Shown one piece after another: positions 22,189-32,355 of a DNA stretch of 64,000 nucleotides (its first letter is position 1; each line of letters opens with the position of its first letter). Both the position numbers and the translations under genes were made by a program. This stretch comes from Candidatus Peregrinibacteria bacterium (GTDB lineage Bacteria; Patescibacteriota; Gracilibacteria; UBA1369), in contig OY970195.1 in assembly GCA_963708185.1 (NCBI GenBank), positions 544,001-608,000 on the forward strand, read 5' to 3'. Below the pieces are notes generated by a model, which saw only the letters and a program-made list of their open reading frames with translations, made no database searches and was not told the origin of the DNA.

Positions 22189-22447
22189 GTTTCAAATTTA
22201 GCACGACCAATCCAAAAAGCTCAATGCCTGGACCCGGCCAAACATTGAGCATAGGTGTTTTATCACGCCACACATGACACTTTCACAAACAGATTCCAAG
22301 AAAATATTATGTTGATTTTTCGCTATGGGTAGCGGTAAAATATTGATGTCGACTTTAGTCACCAAATGGCCGGAAAAAAGCTCCCGTCGCGGAGCTTTTT
22401 TAAAAACACTCGATGTGTTATGATTCTGGCGGATTTTTTTAATTTTT

Positions 22448-23050
22448 ATGGAACAAAACGTCGACATACAGGAAATCGACGCGACCGTGGAACGTATTGT
22501 GGAACAGGGTGTTTTGCTTGTTGCCAAGACCAAGCCGTTGTTCAAAGACCATTGGCGGGTGGAAGGGCTGCGGCAGGGTTTTCGGGAAAAAATTCTCAAA
22601 CGTTTTCACAACCCGATTCCGGGGGAAAAAGGCAATCTTGCCATTTCCGTTTCTGATTTTTTGACGGAATGGAACCGGGATATTCTTCAACAGGACGCTT
22701 TTCTGAACTACCAGCAGGTCATGCTTGCCCAGGGCGAAACGCCGTTAAGCGAAGAAGCGTTCCGTCATTCCAATCCTGAACCAATATACTACACCCGCGG
22801 CCGGCACGGCCGCGGCTTCGGGAAACCCGACCGCATTGAGCGCCGGGACTGCCCGGCCGAACATTGGAGGCATATTGCCGAACGGGGCATTGTCCCGGGA
22901 AGAATGGTGGAAGACAACACCGCGTTTTCCGCTTCGAGTCCGAAGCAGATTTTCCGGGTTTCAAAAATCACCCCGCGGTGCAAGGTGATGCTTGAAGGGG
23001 TCGAATACCCCCGGATGCCGCACAAGTTGATGGTGGTCAAAGAGCAATAA
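22448..23050 (+). CDS. Hypothetical protein, paralog of 24494-25009
   Basis: 200 aa ORF with AT-rich leader; shared C-terminal motif. Confidence 0.65.
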   Translation: MEQNVDIQEIDATVERIVEQGVLLVAKTKPLFKDHWRVEGLRQGFREKILKRFHNPIPGEKGNLAISVSDFLTEWNRDILQQDAFLNYQQVMLAQGETPLSEEAFRHSNPEPIYYTRGRHGRGFGKPDRIERRDCPAEHWRHIAERGIVPGRMVEDNTAFSASSPKQIFRVSKITPRCKVMLEGVEYPRMPHKLMVVKEQ

Positions 23051-23057
23051 CTCCGGG

Positions 23058-23447
23058 TTACATCTTCGGCTGCAAAAGGCTCATCTGGTTGCCTTCCGTG
23101 TCGGTGAACTGTACATACAGGCCTACGCCGGGAATTTCCACCGGCTCGCCGCTGACCGTGCCGCCGGCGTCTTTGACCTTCTGCATGGAAGCATTGATGT
23201 CTTTGACCGCCACGGCGAGGCTGGCGTTCCAGTTGGTTTTTTCGGACTTCTGGAAGAATCCGCCGTTGATGGCTCCGGGCTGTTTGGGCCTGTTTGTCGC
23301 TGGATCCGATTCCGTGGTGGTGGCGAGAACGTAATCGCCCATTTCCGGGCCCATGACCTGGAATTTCCAGTCAAAGCATTTGCCGTAAAAGTCCATCATG
23401 CGTTTTTTGTCGCCCGCCGGCATTTCAAAATGTACGATTGGATCCAT
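23058..23447 (-). CDS. VOC/glyoxalase family protein
   Basis: IVHFEMP, FYGKCFDW, GAINGG, AGGTV, FTDTEGN. Confidence 0.9.
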   Translation of the reverse strand: MDPIVHFEMPAGDKKRMMDFYGKCFDWKFQVMGPEMGDYVLATTTESDPATNRPKQPGAINGGFFQKSEKTNWNASLAVAVKDINASMQKVKDAGGTVSGEPVEIPGVGLYVQFTDTEGNQMSLLQPKM

Positions 23448-23484
23448 AAAAAAAATTAAGTAAGGAAGTAAAAATACCGTTCCA

Positions 23485-24408
23485 TTATTCCAGACCGGCG
23501 GCCCGGCGCAAAGCCTGGATGTCGAGTTTTTTCATTTTGAGCATGGCGGCGGTGGCTTTTTCACCGTTCGGGCCACTGAAGATCTTGCTGATCTCCGTGG
23601 GCACGACCTGCCAGGACACGCCGTATTTGTCCTTGAGCCATCCGCACTGCTGGGCCTTGGGATCGCCGCCTTCGGTGAGCTTGTCCCAGTAACGGTCAAC
23701 CTCCTCCTGGGTATCGCAGTTGATAACAAAAGAGGTTGCTTCCGTGATGGTGAATTTATGATCAAGACCGCTTTCCAACGCCATGAACTGCTGGCCGTTC
23801 AACAAAAAAACGGCGTGGCTTATTGTCCCCTCTTTTTCCAGCTCGCCCGGGCCCGCGCGGAAAATGTTGACGATTTTTGAATCCGGAAAAACCGAACAGT
23901 AAAATTTCATTGCTTCCTCGGCTTTGCCCAACTGCGCTCCAATGAACATAATGAACGGGGAGATTTTCTGCGGGACTTCATTAAGGATGAGCTGCCAGGA
24001 TACGCCGTATTTGTCCTGGATCCAGCCGTATTTTTTACTGAACGGATACTCGCCGAGTTCCATAAGGGCTTTCCCTCCATCGGAAAGTTTGGCCCAGAGT
24101 TCATCCACTTCCTGAGCCGTTTCACATTCCACGGTAAAGGACACCGCGGGGGTGAAGGTAAAGACCGGTCCCCCGTTCAGGGCCGAAAAACGCTGGCCGC
24201 ACAGTTCGAACTCCACCGTCATCACGGAACCTTCCGGCCGTCCGGAAACTTTTTCGACCTCCTTGCCCTGGTAGCGGGTGGTGTTCAGGATTTTCGAGTT
24301 CTTGAAAGCGGAGACGTAAAAGTTGGCCGCCTCCTCGGCCTGGTCGTTGAACCACAAAAACGGGGTGATTTTCTGCATGGGGATTTGGAAAGAAGTAGCG
24401 TTGCTCAT
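23485..24408 (-). CDS. VOC family protein, tandem PhnB-like domains
   Basis: QKITPFLWF..QAEEAANFY; DKYGVSWQ twice. Confidence 0.9.
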   Translation of the reverse strand: MSNATSFQIPMQKITPFLWFNDQAEEAANFYVSAFKNSKILNTTRYQGKEVEKVSGRPEGSVMTVEFELCGQRFSALNGGPVFTFTPAVSFTVECETAQEVDELWAKLSDGGKALMELGEYPFSKKYGWIQDKYGVSWQLILNEVPQKISPFIMFIGAQLGKAEEAMKFYCSVFPDSKIVNIFRAGPGELEKEGTISHAVFLLNGQQFMALESGLDHKFTITEATSFVINCDTQEEVDRYWDKLTEGGDPKAQQCGWLKDKYGVSWQVVPTEISKIFSGPNGEKATAAMLKMKKLDIQALRRAAGLE

Positions 24409-24493
24409 CTTAACCGGAAACCTTAATTTTTGCCAAAAAATAATGATATGTTATGCTTCCGGCAGTTTTTTACGGATTTATCACTTTCTTGCG

Positions 24494-25009
24494 ATGGCAC
24501 AAGGTTCCGATATGGTTGCACATGACGGACTCGAACAACTTTTTGAGGAAAGAATCCCGCGCATTATCCCCGCGGAACGCGTGGAGGAGTTTTATCCCGC
24601 ATTGGCTGAAGCGGTCGAACATACCCGCGAGCGTATTCAACGGCTCCAGGAGCACGGTATGGAAGTGATCCCGGTGGAGCAAGTGGATTCAACGCTGAAA
24701 AACTGGAAAAAAGGTGATCCTAAAATCAGCGCGTACGGCCGTTTTTTCCGCTACATGAAAAACAACGGCGTGGTTCCGGCGAGGATTTATAAATTCGCCT
24801 ATTTCCGCAAGGATTCGCCCCGCGCCCAGGTTTTTCAACGATGGTCGCACATTGAGCGGAAGGGTTTGTGGCCGGGGGCCAAAGTTGTTTTTAAAGGCAT
24901 CCCGGATGAAATTTTTACGGTGGCTAAGATCGAACTGGACTGCAAACTTTTCCTGGAGGAACTTCCCGGCGACAGCGTTGACAGCCGCGAATGCATGCCG
25001 GTGAGGTGA
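24494..25009 (+). CDS. Hypothetical protein, paralog of 22448-23050
   Basis: 171 aa from ATG 24494; WSHIERKGLWPG...IFTVAKI..DCKLFLE. Confidence 0.65.
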   Translation: MAQGSDMVAHDGLEQLFEERIPRIIPAERVEEFYPALAEAVEHTRERIQRLQEHGMEVIPVEQVDSTLKNWKKGDPKISAYGRFFRYMKNNGVVPARIYKFAYFRKDSPRAQVFQRWSHIERKGLWPGAKVVFKGIPDEIFTVAKIELDCKLFLEELPGDSVDSRECMPVR

Positions 25010-25093
25010 GTGATAAAGCGCTCCAAAGCCGCTCTTTTCGTTTATGCGAGCGCGTGCTATGATAGCTCGTGATTTACTCTCGTGTTTTTTGTT

Positions 25094-26875
25094 ATGCGTT
25101 ACTCAAAGTTTTTCGGAAAGACCAGTATGTCGGTTCCCCACGACGCCGACAGCGTGAATGCCAAGCTGCTGACGCAGGGGGGTTTTGTGGACAAGATGGC
25201 TGCGGGCATCTACAACTACCTGCCGCTCGGCAAAAGAGTTTTGGATAAAATCATCCAGATCATCCGCGAAGAGATGAACGCCGTGGACGGCCAGGAAATT
25301 GCCATGCCGGCGCTCCACCCCATCGAACTGTGGGAGCAGACCGGCCGCAACGTGACCGCGGACGCCATTTTGTACCGAACCAAGGGCGCCGGCGACAAGG
25401 ATTTCGTGTTCGCGCCGAGTCATGAAGAAGCCGTCACTCCTCTTGCCAAGAAATACGTCCAGTCCTACAAAGACCTGCCCTTGAGCGTGTACCAGTTCCA
25501 GACGAAGTTCCGCAACGAACCACGCGCCAAGTCCGGCGTTTTGCGCGGACGCGAGTTCGGCATGAAAGACATGTACAGTTTCCATGTTTCCGACGACGAC
25601 CTGGATCAGTACTATGAACGCGCCAAGCAGGCATACCTCAACGTCTACATGCGCTGCGGTGTCAAAGCGTACGTGGTGGAAGCCTCCGGCGGTATTTTCT
25701 CCGACAAGATTTCCCACGAGTTTTCAGTGGTCACTCCGGCGGGTGAAGACACGATCCTCGTCTGCAACAAGTGCAACATCGCCCAGAATCTTGAAATCGC
25801 CGAGGGCAAAATCCACAACCCGCACGATCCCGAAGAAAAAGAACTTCCGATGAAGGAAGTGGAAATGGAACGCGGTCCTTCGGTGGAAGAAAACGCCAAA
25901 GCGCACAAGGTACCTGCTTCAAAAATTCTCAAGAGCGTTGTCTATAAACTCCAGAGCGGCGGGCGCATCGGCGTGTGCATCCGCGGTGACCTGCAGGTCA
26001 ACGAACACAAACTTTCCAAATACGTGGGGTCGGAAGTGCATCCCGCCTCAAAAGAAGATCTCGCTGCGATCGGCCTCATCCCGGGATTTATTTCTCCGGT
26101 GGGTCTGCCCAAAGTTGAGGGCGGTTTGAAACATGCGGCCGAGGTCAAAGGAAACGACAAAGGGGTGAAAGAGGTCGTGCACGGCAACACCGCGCTGCCG
26201 TTCATCGGCGACCAGTCGATCCGCAACGTCAAAAACTTCGTGACCGGGGCCAATAAAAGGAATCTCGACCTGGTGAACGTGAACCTCGGCCGCGACTTTA
26301 CGGTTGAGGAGTTCGTGGACGTGGTTTCGATCGAAGCCGGGTTCGCCTGCTCGAAGTGCGACTCCAAACTTGAAGAGGTTACGGCGATCGAAGCCGGCAA
26401 CATTTTCAAACTCGGCACTAAATATTCCGAAGCGTTTGATCTGAACTTCACCGACGAAAAGGGCAAACGGCAGCTGGTCACGATGGGATGCTACGGCATC
26501 GGCACCACCCGTCTGGTGGGAACGATCGTGGAAGCCAGCCACGACGAAAAGGGCATCATTTGGCCAAAATCAGTTGCTCCGTTCCATGTGCATCTTATCG
26601 CGCTCGGTGCGGAGAAAGATTCTGAAGTGAAAAAAGAGGCCGAAAAACTGTACGAAACGATGATGAAGGAGCATGTGGAAGTCCTCTATGACGACCGCGA
26701 CGAATCCGCGGGCAAGAAGTTCAATGATGCGGACCTTATCGGCATTCCTTTGCGCATCGTCATCAGCAGCCGCACCCTCAAGGAACAGAGCGTTGAGTGG
26801 AAAATGCGCAGCGAAAAAGACGGTCACAACATCAAGCTCAACGATGTGATGATCGAGATCAAGAGTTGGTTATAG
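25094..26875 (+). CDS. proS: Proline--tRNA ligase with INS editing domain
   Basis: KFRNEPRAKSGVLRGREFGMKDMYSF, GNIFKLGTKYS, MGCYGIG, anticodon domain. Confidence 0.96.
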   Translation: MRYSKFFGKTSMSVPHDADSVNAKLLTQGGFVDKMAAGIYNYLPLGKRVLDKIIQIIREEMNAVDGQEIAMPALHPIELWEQTGRNVTADAILYRTKGAGDKDFVFAPSHEEAVTPLAKKYVQSYKDLPLSVYQFQTKFRNEPRAKSGVLRGREFGMKDMYSFHVSDDDLDQYYERAKQAYLNVYMRCGVKAYVVEASGGIFSDKISHEFSVVTPAGEDTILVCNKCNIAQNLEIAEGKIHNPHDPEEKELPMKEVEMERGPSVEENAKAHKVPASKILKSVVYKLQSGGRIGVCIRGDLQVNEHKLSKYVGSEVHPASKEDLAAIGLIPGFISPVGLPKVEGGLKHAAEVKGNDKGVKEVVHGNTALPFIGDQSIRNVKNFVTGANKRNLDLVNVNLGRDFTVEEFVDVVSIEAGFACSKCDSKLEEVTAIEAGNIFKLGTKYSEAFDLNFTDEKGKRQLVTMGCYGIGTTRLVGTIVEASHDEKGIIWPKSVAPFHVHLIALGAEKDSEVKKEAEKLYETMMKEHVEVLYDDRDESAGKKFNDADLIGIPLRIVISSRTLKEQSVEWKMRSEKDGHNIKLNDVMIEIKSWL

Positions 26876-26891
26876 TCATAATTTTTTCACC

Positions 26892-27749
26892 ATGCGCGTC
26901 CTCATCCTGGGAAAAAACGGCATGCTCGGCCACGACCTCATCAAGGTTTTTTCGAAGGACGACGTCATCGCGCTCGGTTCCGCCGACCTGGACATCACCG
27001 ACCAGGAACGTGTTTTTGAGGAGTTCATGACGATCCAGCCCGACGTGGTCATCAACGCCACGGGCTACACCAACGTGGATCTGGCCGAAAAAGAGGAAGA
27101 AAAAGCCAACGAGGTCAACGGCTACGCTGTGGGCATTCTGGCCAAAGCCGCCCGTGAGATCGGTGCCAGTCTGGTGCACTTCAGCACGGACTATGTTTTC
27201 GACGGAACGAAAAAATCCGGTTATAAAGAGGAGGAAGTCCCCTCTCCGCTCAACGCCTACGGCCGTTCCAAGGACCTCGGAGAAAAACTGCTCGTGGAGG
27301 AAATGGAACTGCAGGAGGATATGTACGAGCCGGAAGGGAAATACTTTTTGATCCGCACATCCTGGCTTTTCGGAAAACACGGGAAGAATTTTGTGGACAC
27401 CATGCTCAAACTCGGCAAGGAACAGAAAGAGCTCAAAGTCGTCAACGACCAGCACGGAAAACCCACCTATACTTTGGATCTGGCCAGACAGGTCAAATTC
27501 CTTTTGGACACGCGTGAATACCCCTCCGGCATCTACCACGTGACGAACGAGGAGGAGACGACCTGGTATGACTTTGCCGAGGCTATTTTTGGGTTGTACA
27601 AGACCAGGGTCAATGTGGTATCATGCACCTCCAAGGAGTACGAAAGGCCGGCCAAAAGGCCCCAGTATTCCACCCTCATCAACACCAAGCTTCCCCCGCT
27701 CCGTCCCTGGAAAGAAGCTTTGGCCGAATATTTATCCGACAAATCATGA
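26892..27749 (+). CDS. rfbD: dTDP-4-dehydrorhamnose reductase
   Basis: GKNGMLG, STDYVFDG, YGRSK, VVNDQHGKPT. Confidence 0.95.
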   Translation: MRVLILGKNGMLGHDLIKVFSKDDVIALGSADLDITDQERVFEEFMTIQPDVVINATGYTNVDLAEKEEEKANEVNGYAVGILAKAAREIGASLVHFSTDYVFDGTKKSGYKEEEVPSPLNAYGRSKDLGEKLLVEEMELQEDMYEPEGKYFLIRTSWLFGKHGKNFVDTMLKLGKEQKELKVVNDQHGKPTYTLDLARQVKFLLDTREYPSGIYHVTNEEETTWYDFAEAIFGLYKTRVNVVSCTSKEYERPAKRPQYSTLINTKLPPLRPWKEALAEYLSDKS

Positions 27750-28516
27750 AAGGAGTTCTCCTCGCAGGCGGAAACGGGCGCAGGCTCAATCCCCTCACCG
27801 ACATCACCAACAAACATCTGCTTCCGGTCTATGACCGTCCGATGATCGTGTACCCTTTACAGACCCTCGTGAACGCCGGCATCGATGAGATCCTGGTTGT
27901 CAGCGGCAAGGATCACGCCGGCGGATTCCTGAAACTTCTGGGTTCCGGCCGCGACTATAACTGCACCCTGTGGTATGAGATCCAGGAAGAAGCCGGCGGT
28001 ATCGCGCAGGCTCTAGGTCTCGCCGAAAAGTTTGCCGACGGAGACAACATTGCCGTCATTCTCGGTGACAATATTTTCGAGGATTCTTTCAAGAAAGATA
28101 TCGAAGAGTTCGAAAAAGAAAAAGGCGCGAGAATCTTTTTGAAACAGATCAAAGACGCGCGACGCTTTGGCGTGGCGGAACTTGAGGGCGACAAGATCAT
28201 GAACATCGAGGAAAAACCTGAGAAACCCAAGAGCGATCTGGCCGTCACCGGATTTTATCTTTTCGACAACGACGTCTTCAACGTCATCACAACGCTCAAA
28301 CCTTCCGGTCGCGGCGAACTGGAAATCACCGACGTCAACAACCACTACATCAAAGAGGGCAAGATGAAAGCCCACGTCGTGAAGGGAAACTGGACCGACG
28401 CCGGAACCTTCGAAAGTCTGTACCGCGCCAACCGCATCGCCCGCAATATTGCTCTTTCCCGTGAAGGGCTGACCCACGAACAGATTTTACAACGCGACAC
28501 CGAACTGTTAGAGTAG
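27746..28516 (+). CDS. rfbA: Glucose-1-phosphate thymidylyltransferase (short form)
   Basis: LAGGNGRRL.P, KHLLPVYDRPMI, EEKP, SGRGELEITD; ATGA overlap with rfbD. Confidence 0.9.
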   Translation: MKGVLLAGGNGRRLNPLTDITNKHLLPVYDRPMIVYPLQTLVNAGIDEILVVSGKDHAGGFLKLLGSGRDYNCTLWYEIQEEAGGIAQALGLAEKFADGDNIAVILGDNIFEDSFKKDIEEFEKEKGARIFLKQIKDARRFGVAELEGDKIMNIEEKPEKPKSDLAVTGFYLFDNDVFNVITTLKPSGRGELEITDVNNHYIKEGKMKAHVVKGNWTDAGTFESLYRANRIARNIALSREGLTHEQILQRDTELLE

Positions 28517-28539
28517 CCGCGTATTTTTCGTGCAACCCT

Positions 28540-29484
28540 ATGTCGCGCATTCTGGTTTCAGGTTCGCTGGCTTACGACCACGTGATGAATTATGACGGGC
28601 TTTTCAAGAACGTCATTCTTCCTTCCAAACTCGACCATCTGAGCGTGGCTTTTACGGCTTCAAAAAAAACGGTGAACTTCGGCGGATGCGCCGGTAACAT
28701 CGCCTACACCCTGAAGCTTTTCGGCTTGAACCCGCTGATACTCGCCGCCGTGGGGAGCGATTTTGCCGCATACGACAAATGGCTTAAACAGTGTGGCATC
28801 GACACCTCGGCACTGTTCCGGCATTCGGAAGTTCTCACGGCGAGCGCCACCATCATCACGGATCAGGAACAAAACCAGATCACGATTTTTTACGGAGGAG
28901 CAATGAGTTTCGCCCCGCACGTTTTGAGCGTCCGCGACCACAAGTACGACGGTCTGGATCTTGCCATCATCGCTCCGGACGATCCGCAGCGCATGGTGCG
29001 TCTGGCCAAAGAATGCAAAGAGATGAACATTCCCTATATTTTCGATCCGTCGCAGGCGCTGACGAACATGACGGTACCGGGTTTGCAGGAAGCCTTGAGC
29101 GGAGCCGCCATTTTGATCGGCAACGAGTACGAAGTGGAGCTTATCTGCAAGATGCTCGGCACGACCAAAGATCACCTGCCGGAACTTGTCCCGACGTTTA
29201 TCGAAACCTACGGAGCCAAAGGCTCGAGCATTGTTTCTCCGGAAGGGATGTTTTTCGTCAAAGCGGTGCAACCGGGAAAAATCGCCGATCCGACCGGATG
29301 CGGCGACGCTTTCCGCGCTGGCGTGCTTGCGGGTATGCAGATGAAACTCGGCATTGAAAAAGCCTGCCGGATCGGCGCGCTTGCCGCCACCTATTCCCTG
29401 GAACACGAAAGCACGCAGGGTCACACCTTTACCGTTGAAGCGTTTAAAAAAAGAATGGAAGACGATTACGGTGAAAGTTTTTAA
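28540..29484 (+). CDS. PfkB family carbohydrate/nucleoside kinase (adenosine kinase-like)
   Basis: GSLAYD, GGCAGNIAY, DPTGCGDAFRAG. Confidence 0.9.
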   Translation: MSRILVSGSLAYDHVMNYDGLFKNVILPSKLDHLSVAFTASKKTVNFGGCAGNIAYTLKLFGLNPLILAAVGSDFAAYDKWLKQCGIDTSALFRHSEVLTASATIITDQEQNQITIFYGGAMSFAPHVLSVRDHKYDGLDLAIIAPDDPQRMVRLAKECKEMNIPYIFDPSQALTNMTVPGLQEALSGAAILIGNEYEVELICKMLGTTKDHLPELVPTFIETYGAKGSSIVSPEGMFFVKAVQPGKIADPTGCGDAFRAGVLAGMQMKLGIEKACRIGALAATYSLEHESTQGHTFTVEAFKKRMEDDYGESF

Positions 29485-29493
29485 AAAGCGCAC

Positions 29494-29517
29494 AAAAAAA
29501 AGAACGCCGAAGCGTTT
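29494..29517 (-). terminator. Intrinsic terminator of cassette A
   Basis: Minus strand AACGC-TTCG-GCGTT followed by C and T8. Confidence 0.65.
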
Positions 29518-29586
29518 GAACTGAGCGCACGGCGCGAAGGCGTAAGCGTGTGGCTTTGCCACCGCTGGAGCGCGTTTAAAAAGAGA

Positions 29587-31089
29587 AAAACTCGCAGAAG
29601 TGTAAATCCCGGTCCGAAGAGGAGGAGGACGACCGCCGGTTTGAAAGGGGGGTCGGGATCACATGGATCCTGCAGTACCGCGTCGAGCGATACCGTTCCT
29701 CCGTCCTCTATCGGACGTGGGAAAGGTTATTCCCCCGCCGCTCTATGAGAGCGGCGGGGTACTGTTGTTGTTAATGGGTGAATGCTGCTTCAAGTCCGAC
29801 GGAATCGATCCGACGGACGAGCAGCGGTTGTTCCTCACTGCACGACGGCTGCGCACGCGATCTGAGACTGGCTGTCTCCGACCGCCTCGTTGTCGATCAA
29901 CGAGTTGTTGTTGGCCGTACCGCGATCGATGAACTCGGACGAGCAGGACCCGGGGAGGCAGTTGCGGAGGTCCGCAGCCGCGTCCTGGAGGCCCTGCAAC
30001 CCAGCCACGTAGCTGAGGTTGTCCGGGTTCTGCCCGTGGTTCGCGGCCAACACGCTCTTCAGCGGGTTGTACCACTCGCACGGGTGATCGCCCGAGCAGG
30101 TGAGGACGTTGTTCGCACCGTACAGGACGGCGCAAACCACGGTCGTCCCGTCAGACGAGCTGACGATGACGGTCTGGCCGGGGGTGAACGAGCCGTCCGT
30201 GGTGAGCGAGGCGTCGACCCAGCCGAGCGTGCTGCTCGACAGGGACGGCTTCCACGTCACGTCCGTGCCACCCGAGCTGTTCGGGACGCAGGTCCCGCTC
30301 GAGCAGTAGTAGCCGCTCGAGCAGGCCGGGGTGCAGCTTCCGCTGCCGTTGGGAACGCACACGCCGTTTTCGCACGTGGTGCCGGATCCGCAGCTGTTGT
30401 TGCAGTTGCCGGAGCCGGAGACGCACTGCCCGTTCGAGCAGTAGGTTCCCGACCCGCAGCTTCCGCCGCAGGTGTCGCTGCCGGACCCGTTGCCGCCGGG
30501 TACGCAGTACCCGTTGTTGCAGATCGTTCCCGTTCCGCAGGTCACGGAACAGGAGCCGGTCGCCGGGCGGCAGGTGGCGGGAGACGAACTGCTGTCGCAG
30601 TACGTGCCCCCATCGCACATGTCGTTGCACGGATCGTTGCCGCTGAACTGGCACTTGTCGGTGAGCGTGTTGCAGACGGCGCCGTCGTGGCAAATGCCGT
30701 CGCATGCCGTGTTGCTTCCGCCGCCCGTACCGCTGCACGCGGGATCGCCGTTCAAACAATACGGTTGGTCGTTGGACGACCCGCCGCAGCCGACGGCCGC
30801 GAGCGCGGTGACGAGGGTGACGAAGATGGCGACACTGAGCTTCAGGTTGGTCTTGGTCATGACTTGTTTCTCCAAACTGGGCTGAGGGCTTTGGGCCCCC
30901 CGAGGAATTTTGGGCTGTAGGGCCCTGGGTAGCACCACCATGGTGCGCCCCCGGTCCCTACTTCCTCGAAAGTTAGGGCCCGAATCCGACTGCTTTGCTG
31001 GCTGCGTCTATCTTCCACAAACGCAAAAACAAACAGGTTCGGACCCTGACTTTCTTGTTGAATAACCATTAAAATCTTCTGCGAGTTTT
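29587..31089. repeat. 14-bp inverted repeat enclosing cassette A
   Basis: AAAACTCGCAGAAG (29587-29600) is the reverse complement of CTTCTGCGAGTTTT (31076-31089). Confidence 0.85.
29835..30860 (-). CDS. Cys-rich repeat lipoprotein, myxobacterial style (cassette A)
   Basis: Lipobox LAAVGC; repeats C..TCG.GT.C.NG.CV; SD GGAGA before ATG. Confidence 0.8.
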   Translation of the reverse strand: MTKTNLKLSVAIFVTLVTALAAVGCGGSSNDQPYCLNGDPACSGTGGGSNTACDGICHDGAVCNTLTDKCQFSGNDPCNDMCDGGTYCDSSSSPATCRPATGSCSVTCGTGTICNNGYCVPGGNGSGSDTCGGSCGSGTYCSNGQCVSGSGNCNNSCGSGTTCENGVCVPNGSGSCTPACSSGYYCSSGTCVPNSSGGTDVTWKPSLSSSTLGWVDASLTTDGSFTPGQTVIVSSSDGTTVVCAVLYGANNVLTCSGDHPCEWYNPLKSVLAANHGQNPDNLSYVAGLQGLQDAAADLRNCLPGSCSSEFIDRGTANNNSLIDNEAVGDSQSQIACAAVVQ

Positions 31090-31176
31090 CAAAGAACTGT
31101 GCTGATGCACCGCTTGCGAAAAGACGCAAAAATACATCAGGTCACGAATGATACTATATTTTTGCTGTTTTGTCAA
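31086..31176 (-). promoter_or_regulatory. sigma70 promoter and boxA-like element of cassette A
   Basis: TTGACA (31176-31171)-N17-TATCAT; GTTCTTTGAAAA at 31097-31086. Confidence 0.75.
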
Positions 31177-31332
31177 TACTCCTGAGAACAAAAATATCAT
31201 ACGAATTCGTCCGGTTTTCAGGCCGGAAAATGATAATGTTTTCAAGGGTTTTCCATTACAAAAAAACCGCTGTCCCGAGTCAAAAACCGGAACAGCGGTC
31301 AAATCGCTCGTTCACCAGGTAAATTGGAAAAA

Positions 31333-32196
31333 TTAATGGGTTTCCACGATGCCGTCACTGGGAACGTCAGCGCAGTGGATGGCGACGTCCGTGTCTGCTA
31401 TCGGATCGTTTTCCTGCCAGCTCTGGTTGGAGCCCGCGGCGCGCCAGACAAAAGCGTTCGCCGGGCGGTATTGTTGAGGGGTCGTTCGGTAGCTGATGAG
31501 CTGCCCGGCCGCGTCTTTTGCGGCCTGTTGTGATGTTAAGTATGCCAAATCACCCGGGCTGTGGCCGGTTTGAGCCGCCAGAAAATTCGATTCAACATCC
31601 CACCATTCCCCGCTGCCGTTCATGGTTAAAATCGTGCCGCTGCCGTATCCGACAAAACAGACTGTCGCCGGGGTTTCGGTTTGATGAAACCAGACCGTGT
31701 TTCCCAAAGGGTAATTTGCTCCACCGTTGTTGATGGTCTCTATCCAGCCGTTTCCGGAACCTGCGTGCGCATTCTGCCAGGTGACTCCTGCAAAGGTATC
31801 ATGGGAAACCGGATCACATTTTTTGGTGTCGGGATTGCAGACCGTTCCTTTTCCGCAAAGATTGTCGCAAGGATCGTTGTTAGTGTCGGGAACACAGTGT
31901 TTTGTGGCTTCATCACAGTGTGTTCCACTGCCGCAATTATCACCGCAGACGTTCATTCCGGCATCGGAACCACCGTCTCCCAAGCTGTAAGGACCGTCAT
32001 CGGATCCGCCGCATCCCTGGGAAAGCAGCCCCATGCTGATACCCGCAGCCGCAAGAAATTTAAGTACCGCTCCGCGGGCCTGATGACGTTTTGACGTAAA
32101 GTTTGGCGTCGAAACTCCGCTTGTTGCCGCAGATTCAGGATGAGGGATCGCATCCGGCCGTGAAAAAACCGCTTCAGCCTGTTGTGGGTGAGACAT
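31333..32196 (-). CDS. Cys-rich lipoprotein paralog of cassette A gene, in resident-genome style
   Basis: LLSQGC lipobox, two Cys repeats, C-terminal domain alignable to 29835-30860; no SD. Confidence 0.75.
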   Translation of the reverse strand: MSHPQQAEAVFSRPDAIPHPESAATSGVSTPNFTSKRHQARGAVLKFLAAAGISMGLLSQGCGGSDDGPYSLGDGGSDAGMNVCGDNCGSGTHCDEATKHCVPDTNNDPCDNLCGKGTVCNPDTKKCDPVSHDTFAGVTWQNAHAGSGNGWIETINNGGANYPLGNTVWFHQTETPATVCFVGYGSGTILTMNGSGEWWDVESNFLAAQTGHSPGDLAYLTSQQAAKDAAGQLISYRTTPQQYRPANAFVWRAAGSNQSWQENDPIADTDVAIHCADVPSDGIVETH

Positions 32197-32313
32197 AGGT
32201 TTGGGGGTTAGGGATATGAAAAAAGGGTGTTGTGAACGTGATTGACATATTTCTGAAAACTTTAATGCAAACTCCGGCAGGTTCATTACAAAATACAGGT
32301 TGCATAGATAAGG

Positions 32314-32355
32314 AAAAGGGCCGTCCTCGTAGCTTGTAAGCTTTGAAGACGGCCC
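32314..32355 (-). terminator. Intrinsic terminator of cassette B
   Basis: Minus strand GGGCCGTC...GACGGCCC-TTTT. Confidence 0.65.

Noticed and set aside
29587-31097. rRNA gene behind the boxA motif (enclosed length is 16S-like)
   Set aside because: No conserved rRNA sequence; the region holds a clean lipoprotein ORF
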